From Hyalangium minutum (GTDB taxonomy: Bacteria; Myxococcota; Myxococcia; Myxococcales; Myxococcaceae): a stretch of DNA of 64,000 nt. The position numbers and the translations under genes are program-made. The notes beneath the pieces are model-generated. The model searched no databases. It had not been told where the DNA came from and saw only the letters and a program-made list of their open reading frames with translations. The DNA is taken from positions 186,001-250,000 of the forward strand of contig NZ_JMCB01000015.1 of NCBI RefSeq assembly GCF_000737315.1. Reading direction: 5' to 3'. This document shows, in pieces, positions 60,120 through 64,000 of the stretch (positions are counted from its first letter, which is position 1; each line of letters opens with the position of its first letter).

Positions 60120-60419
60120 ATGAGTGAGGACTCGGAACTGCCCCTGGCCAACGCGGGCCGCGAGAAGCATGCACGGGAGTTGTTTCCCTACCGTGAGCAG
60201 ACTCCCGAGGAGTATGCCGCTCGCCACTTCCACGAGTGGATGACATTCTCCTTCGACGATTTCCGCTACTCGGACCCGGAGCTGGATGCCTGGATCGCAC
60301 GGCTGGGGCAGATCTTCTTCAAGCGCCCGGGAGCGCCGTCGATCGAAGAGCTCCGCGCGCGGTTCCTGACGCCTCAGGAGCTCGAGGCCATCCACGAGCG
60401 GGAGCAAGAGGCGTTCTGA
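60120..60419 (+). CDS. Small hypothetical protein (99 aa)
   Basis: ATG at 60120 and typical codon bias; no family recognised. Confidence 0.6.
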   Translation: MSEDSELPLANAGREKHARELFPYREQTPEEYAARHFHEWMTFSFDDFRYSDPELDAWIARLGQIFFKRPGAPSIEELRARFLTPQELEAIHEREQEAF

Positions 60420-60712
60420 TCAGGGACTCGGGTGGTGGGCCAGCCACGCTCCGGCCCCCGTTCCCTTGAGCCTGCGCACATCGGCGCAGGATGCAGTACC
60501 TCTCGGAGAGGGACCCCTCGTCTGGATCCACTTCACACGGTAGGGACACCTGGCGTCCTGATCCGTAGGCCTCCGCGAGGCTGGGTGACGACGCACCCGG
60601 TCATCCCGGCACCCCGCCTCACTGGGAAGTGTTGGAGTCTCTCGCACTCGTGGCAAGCTGAGGAGTGGCCCCGCCCCTCCAGGGCCTGCTCCCAGCGTAG
60701 GAAGACGACGAC

Positions 60713-62620
60713 ATGACCGAAGCCACACCGCTCGCCAGCCCGTCGGCCGCAGCGCCCCGATGCGCGCGCCCCCGGTGCTCCCCGTTCGCGCTGGCGCGTC
60801 CCCTGGTGATCGCCTCGTTGCTGATCAGTGTCAGCGCGCTCGCGCAGCCTCAGACGCTGCCCAAGCTCGAGCTGGAGCGACTCACGCTCAACCCCAATGG
60901 GGCCGGCTCGCTGCTGGTGGGCACCGGTGAGGTGCTGAACGCGGGCGGCTACCGCTTCTCCTTCACCGGGCACTACCAGCATGATCCGCTCGCCCTCTAC
61001 CGCGATGGCGAGAAGCAGGGCTCGCTGGTGAAGGGCCGCGTCACCGGCCACCTGTCGGCCGCCTACGCCCTCTTCAACTGGCTGGAGCTCTCCGCCCAGG
61101 TGCCCGTGCTGCTGACGCAGAGCGGGGATGATCTCACGCAGTTCATCCCCGAGCAGCCCTCCACGGGGCCGGGGCTCGGCACTCCCTACCTGGGCGTGCG
61201 CTTCGGCCTGCTGTCCCAGGAGGATGAGCAGCCCGTGGATCTCTCGCTGGGGGCTCAGGTGGGCCTGCCGGTGGGCAGCGCCTCAGCGCTGGCGAAGGAT
61301 GGCTCTCCGCGCATCATCCCGAGCGTGATGGTGGGCCGGCGGTTCGGCTCACTGCGGGCCGGCCTGGACGCGGGCATCGTGGTGCGCTCCGTCTCCACGC
61401 TCGTGGAGGACTTCAACATTCAGGACGAGGTGGGGAGCGAGCTGCGCCTCGGCGGCGTGCTGGCCACCACGGGCGAGGGGATCCGCGGCGAGCTGAACCT
61501 CATTGGCTCCGTGCCCTTCTCCCGCTCGGGCGGAACCCTGGAGGCGCTGGCGGGCGCGCGGCTGCCGATGAGCTCGAAGATCGAGGCCTACGGACTGGCG
61601 GGCGTGGCCGTGGGCGAGGCTCCCGGCACTCCCACCTTCCGCGCGCTGCTGGGCGTGGCTTATGGGCACACGCCGCCCCGGTGCGTGGCCGGCGGCAAGC
61701 ACACGGCCGAGGAGTGCCCGGATCTGGATGACGACAACGACGGGGTGAAGAACGCCCTCGACACGTGCCAGGGCCAGAGCGGCCGGGTGGATGCGCAGGG
61801 CTGCCCGGTGAAGGACGTGGATGGCGACGGCGTGGTGGATCCGGACGACAAGTGCGTGACGGTGCCGGGCCTGGCGCAGTTCCAGGGCTGCCCGGACACG
61901 GACAAGGATGGCATCGAGGACACGGCGGACAAGTGCCCGCAGGTGCCCGGTGTGGCGCAGTTCCAGGGCTGCCCGGACACGGACAAGGACGGCATCGAGG
62001 ACGCGGCGGACAAGTGCCCGCAGGTGCCCGGCGTGGCGCAGTTCCAGGGCTGCCCGGACACGGACAAGGACGGCATCGAGGACGCGGCGGACGCCTGCCC
62101 GACGGAGCCCGGTATCGCCGAGCTGAAGGGCTGCCCGGCCAAGGACACGGATGGTGACACGCTGGCGGATCACCGCGACAACTGCCCGACGGAGCCCGGC
62201 CCGGTGGACAACCAGGGCTGCCCGGTGAAGGAGAAGCAGATCGTCGCCATCCAGAAGGATCGCCTGGAGATCAAGGACAAGGTCTACTTCGACACCGACA
62301 AGGCGACGATCCAGCGCCGCAGCTTCAAGCTGCTGGATCAGATCGCCAAGGTCATCATCGAGCACCCGGAGCTGGAGAAGGTCTGGATCGAGGGCCACTC
62401 GGACGAGCGAGGCAGCAACATGTACAACACCGAGCTGTCTCAGCGCCGCGCAGAGGCGGTGCGTGAGTACCTCATCAAGAAGGGTGTGGCGCCGGGGCGC
62501 CTGGATGCGAAGGGCATGGGCCGTTCGAGGCCTGTCGCGCCGAACACCACGGAAGCGGGCCGGGCGGCCAACCGCCGGGTCGAATTCCTCACCACACCGC
62601 GCGAGGGCGCGCAGCCGTAG
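60713..62620 (+). CDS. OmpA family protein: beta-barrel, TSP3 repeats, OmpA C-terminal domain
   Basis: KVYFDTDKATI, IEGHSD, NTELSQRRAEAV, GRAANRRVEF; CPDTDKDGIED repeats. Confidence 0.93.
   Translation: MTEATPLASPSAAAPRCARPRCSPFALARPLVIASLLISVSALAQPQTLPKLELERLTLNPNGAGSLLVGTGEVLNAGGYRFSFTGHYQHDPLALYRDGEKQGSLVKGRVTGHLSAAYALFNWLELSAQVPVLLTQSGDDLTQFIPEQPSTGPGLGTPYLGVRFGLLSQEDEQPVDLSLGAQVGLPVGSASALAKDGSPRIIPSVMVGRRFGSLRAGLDAGIVVRSVSTLVEDFNIQDEVGSELRLGGVLATTGEGIRGELNLIGSVPFSRSGGTLEALAGARLPMSSKIEAYGLAGVAVGEAPGTPTFRALLGVAYGHTPPRCVAGGKHTAEECPDLDDDNDGVKNALDTCQGQSGRVDAQGCPVKDVDGDGVVDPDDKCVTVPGLAQFQGCPDTDKDGIEDTADKCPQVPGVAQFQGCPDTDKDGIEDAADKCPQVPGVAQFQGCPDTDKDGIEDAADACPTEPGIAELKGCPAKDTDGDTLADHRDNCPTEPGPVDNQGCPVKEKQIVAIQKDRLEIKDKVYFDTDKATIQRRSFKLLDQIAKVIIEHPELEKVWIEGHSDERGSNMYNTELSQRRAEAVREYLIKKGVAPGRLDAKGMGRSRPVAPNTTEAGRAANRRVEFLTTPREGAQP
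61874..62097. repeat. 81-bp tandem repeat (about 2.8 copies) encoding TSP3 units
   Basis: AQFQGCPDTDKDGIED.ADKCPQVPGV units start at 61874, 61955 and 62036. Confidence 0.9.
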
Positions 62621-62638
62621 GCGCGGGGGACTTCACAC

Positions 62639-64000
62639 ATGAAGAACGCATCTTCGAGGAACTTCATCCGCACCGCGCTGCTCGCGGTGGTCCTGTGCGC
62701 GCTGCCCGCGCTCGCGGGCGAGGACATCTACGGCGTCGGCCTGGGGACGGACGGTGCGTTCTCCGTGGGCGCGGGCAACGTCGTCATCAACCGGCATGCC
62801 ATCCTCCGGACGTCGGTGTCCGCAGGCGCCATGTTCATCGACGTCACCCCGATCACCGCCCCCCCCGCTCCGGCCTGGTCCATCGCCCAGAATGATCTGG
62901 TGATGATCCTCCAGAGTACGGGGATTCAGCCGGAGCCCATCTCTGGCACTGCGGGACCTACCGATATCTCCACGAATGTCGTGGGGCGTTGGGAGCTGGC
63001 GAAGGTGGGCACGATCGCCGGTAACAGGCTGAACCTGACGCAGCCGCTGCTCAACGGCTACACGGCCAACCACACCCAGATCGTCCGCGTGCCGCAGTAC
63101 ACCAATGTCACGGCGAGCGGGACCGGCGTCATCGTGGCCCGCCCGTGGGATGGACAGACCGGTGGCGTCATCGCCTTCCTGGCGACGGGGACGGTGACCG
63201 TCAACACCTCCATCGATGCCACGAGCCTCGGCTTCCGGGGAGGGCAGTTCACGCAGGACACCTCCAGCGCGACGTCCTGCTCGGGCTTGGATCAGCTTCC
63301 CAACGCGGGGGCGCAGAAGGGCGAGGGCGTCGTCTACTCGCGGTACGCCTCGAGCTGGGCCACGGGGTATGGCCGCCTGGCCAACGGTGGCGGCGGCGGT
63401 ATCTGCACGAGGTCCGGTGGTGGCGGCGGCGGCAACGCGGGCGCCGGCGGCAATGGCGGCAACAGCCAGGAGGGCAATCCCGTGGGCGGCCAGGGTGGCA
63501 CGGCGATGATCTACTCGTCGCTCACGCGCCTGATCCCGGGCGGTGGCGGCGGACCGGGCCACATCAAGGGGTCCACGACCGCAGCAGGAGGGCAGGGCGG
63601 AGGCATCATTTTCATCCGCGCGAACCGGCTCGCCGGCTCGGGTACCATTCTGGCGGACGGCTTCTTCTCCGAGGACGTCACCACGGGAGATGGAGCGGGC
63701 GGTGGCGGCGCGGGCGGCAACATCCACATGCGCTTCACGGGGACGGCGGACTGCAACCCCTCGCGCGTTCACGCCTGGGGCGGCAAGGGCGGGAGCACGA
63801 CGGCGACCAACGCGGGGCCGGGTGGTGGTGGTGGTGGTGGCCGGATCCTCTTCCAGGCCTGCAACGGCGGCAATTGCGTGTTGAACAACTCCTCCGTCAA
63901 CGGAGGCACTGGGGGCCTCACGGGCTTTGGGTTGGCCAACGGTGCGACCGCGGGTGCGCCCGGTGCCCTCACCGTGCTGCCCGACTGCTACTCGCCGCTG
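62639..64000 (+). CDS. AgmC-like secreted glycine-rich adhesin, 3'-truncated by the window edge
   Basis: ATG at 62639: MKNASSRNFIRTALLAVVLCALPALAGEDIYGVGLGTDG; later GRWELA, GGVIAFLA and GGGGG motifs; no stop before 64000, so absent from the ORF track. Confidence 0.75.
   Translation, partial: MKNASSRNFIRTALLAVVLCALPALAGEDIYGVGLGTDGAFSVGAGNVVINRHAILRTSVSAGAMFIDVTPITAPPAPAWSIAQNDLVMILQSTGIQPEPISGTAGPTDISTNVVGRWELAKVGTIAGNRLNLTQPLLNGYTANHTQIVRVPQYTNVTASGTGVIVARPWDGQTGGVIAFLATGTVTVNTSIDATSLGFRGGQFTQDTSSATSCSGLDQLPNAGAQKGEGVVYSRYASSWATGYGRLANGGGGGICTRSGGGGGGNAGAGGNGGNSQEGNPVGGQGGTAMIYSSLTRLIPGGGGGPGHIKGSTTAAGGQGGGIIFIRANRLAGSGTILADGFFSEDVTTGDGAGGGGAGGNIHMRFTGTADCNPSRVHAWGGKGGSTTATNAGPGGGGGGGRILFQACNGGNCVLNNSSVNGGTGGLTGFGLANGATAGAPGALTVLPDCYSPL

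Overview
High-GC myxobacterial chromosome segment, most similar to Stigmatella/Hyalangium/Archangium-type Cystobacterineae (inferred from MYXO-CTERM-like, SitA-like, DUF2381 and AgmC-like genes). The conserved backbone is TPR - FHA/DUF4388 - selD (in-frame UGA, predicted selenoprotein) - amidase - rph - rdgB - four tRNAs; tRNA-Lys, tRNA-Leu - tig - clpP - clpX - prolyl oligopeptidase - lon; and yqgE - bolA - grxD, pepP and rsmE. Accessory regions interrupt it. (1) A 13 kb block between tRNA-Arg(UCG) and tRNA-Lys carries a GNAT-cNMP fusion, a DUF5685-like/MMPL/desaturase trio, a fused adhesin-beta-barrel protein and a solo Bet recombinase. (2) A mosaic island at about 33.1-38.7 kb holds a class III lanthipeptide synthetase (LanKC) and a 36-aa precursor missed by the ORF track (36236-36346, MKNVLALQKLALKPKPDWTCPTASWVSIFRSCIWQG), plus a frameshifted DUF2381 gene, a 62-bp palindromic tandem repeat and gene remnants. 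(3) A three-gene multiheme cytochrome lipoprotein operon. (4) A SitA5-like lipoprotein toxin with a HEAT-repeat candidate immunity gene. No integrase, transposase, rRNA or CRISPR array was seen. All assignments come from reading motifs by eye; no database searches were run.
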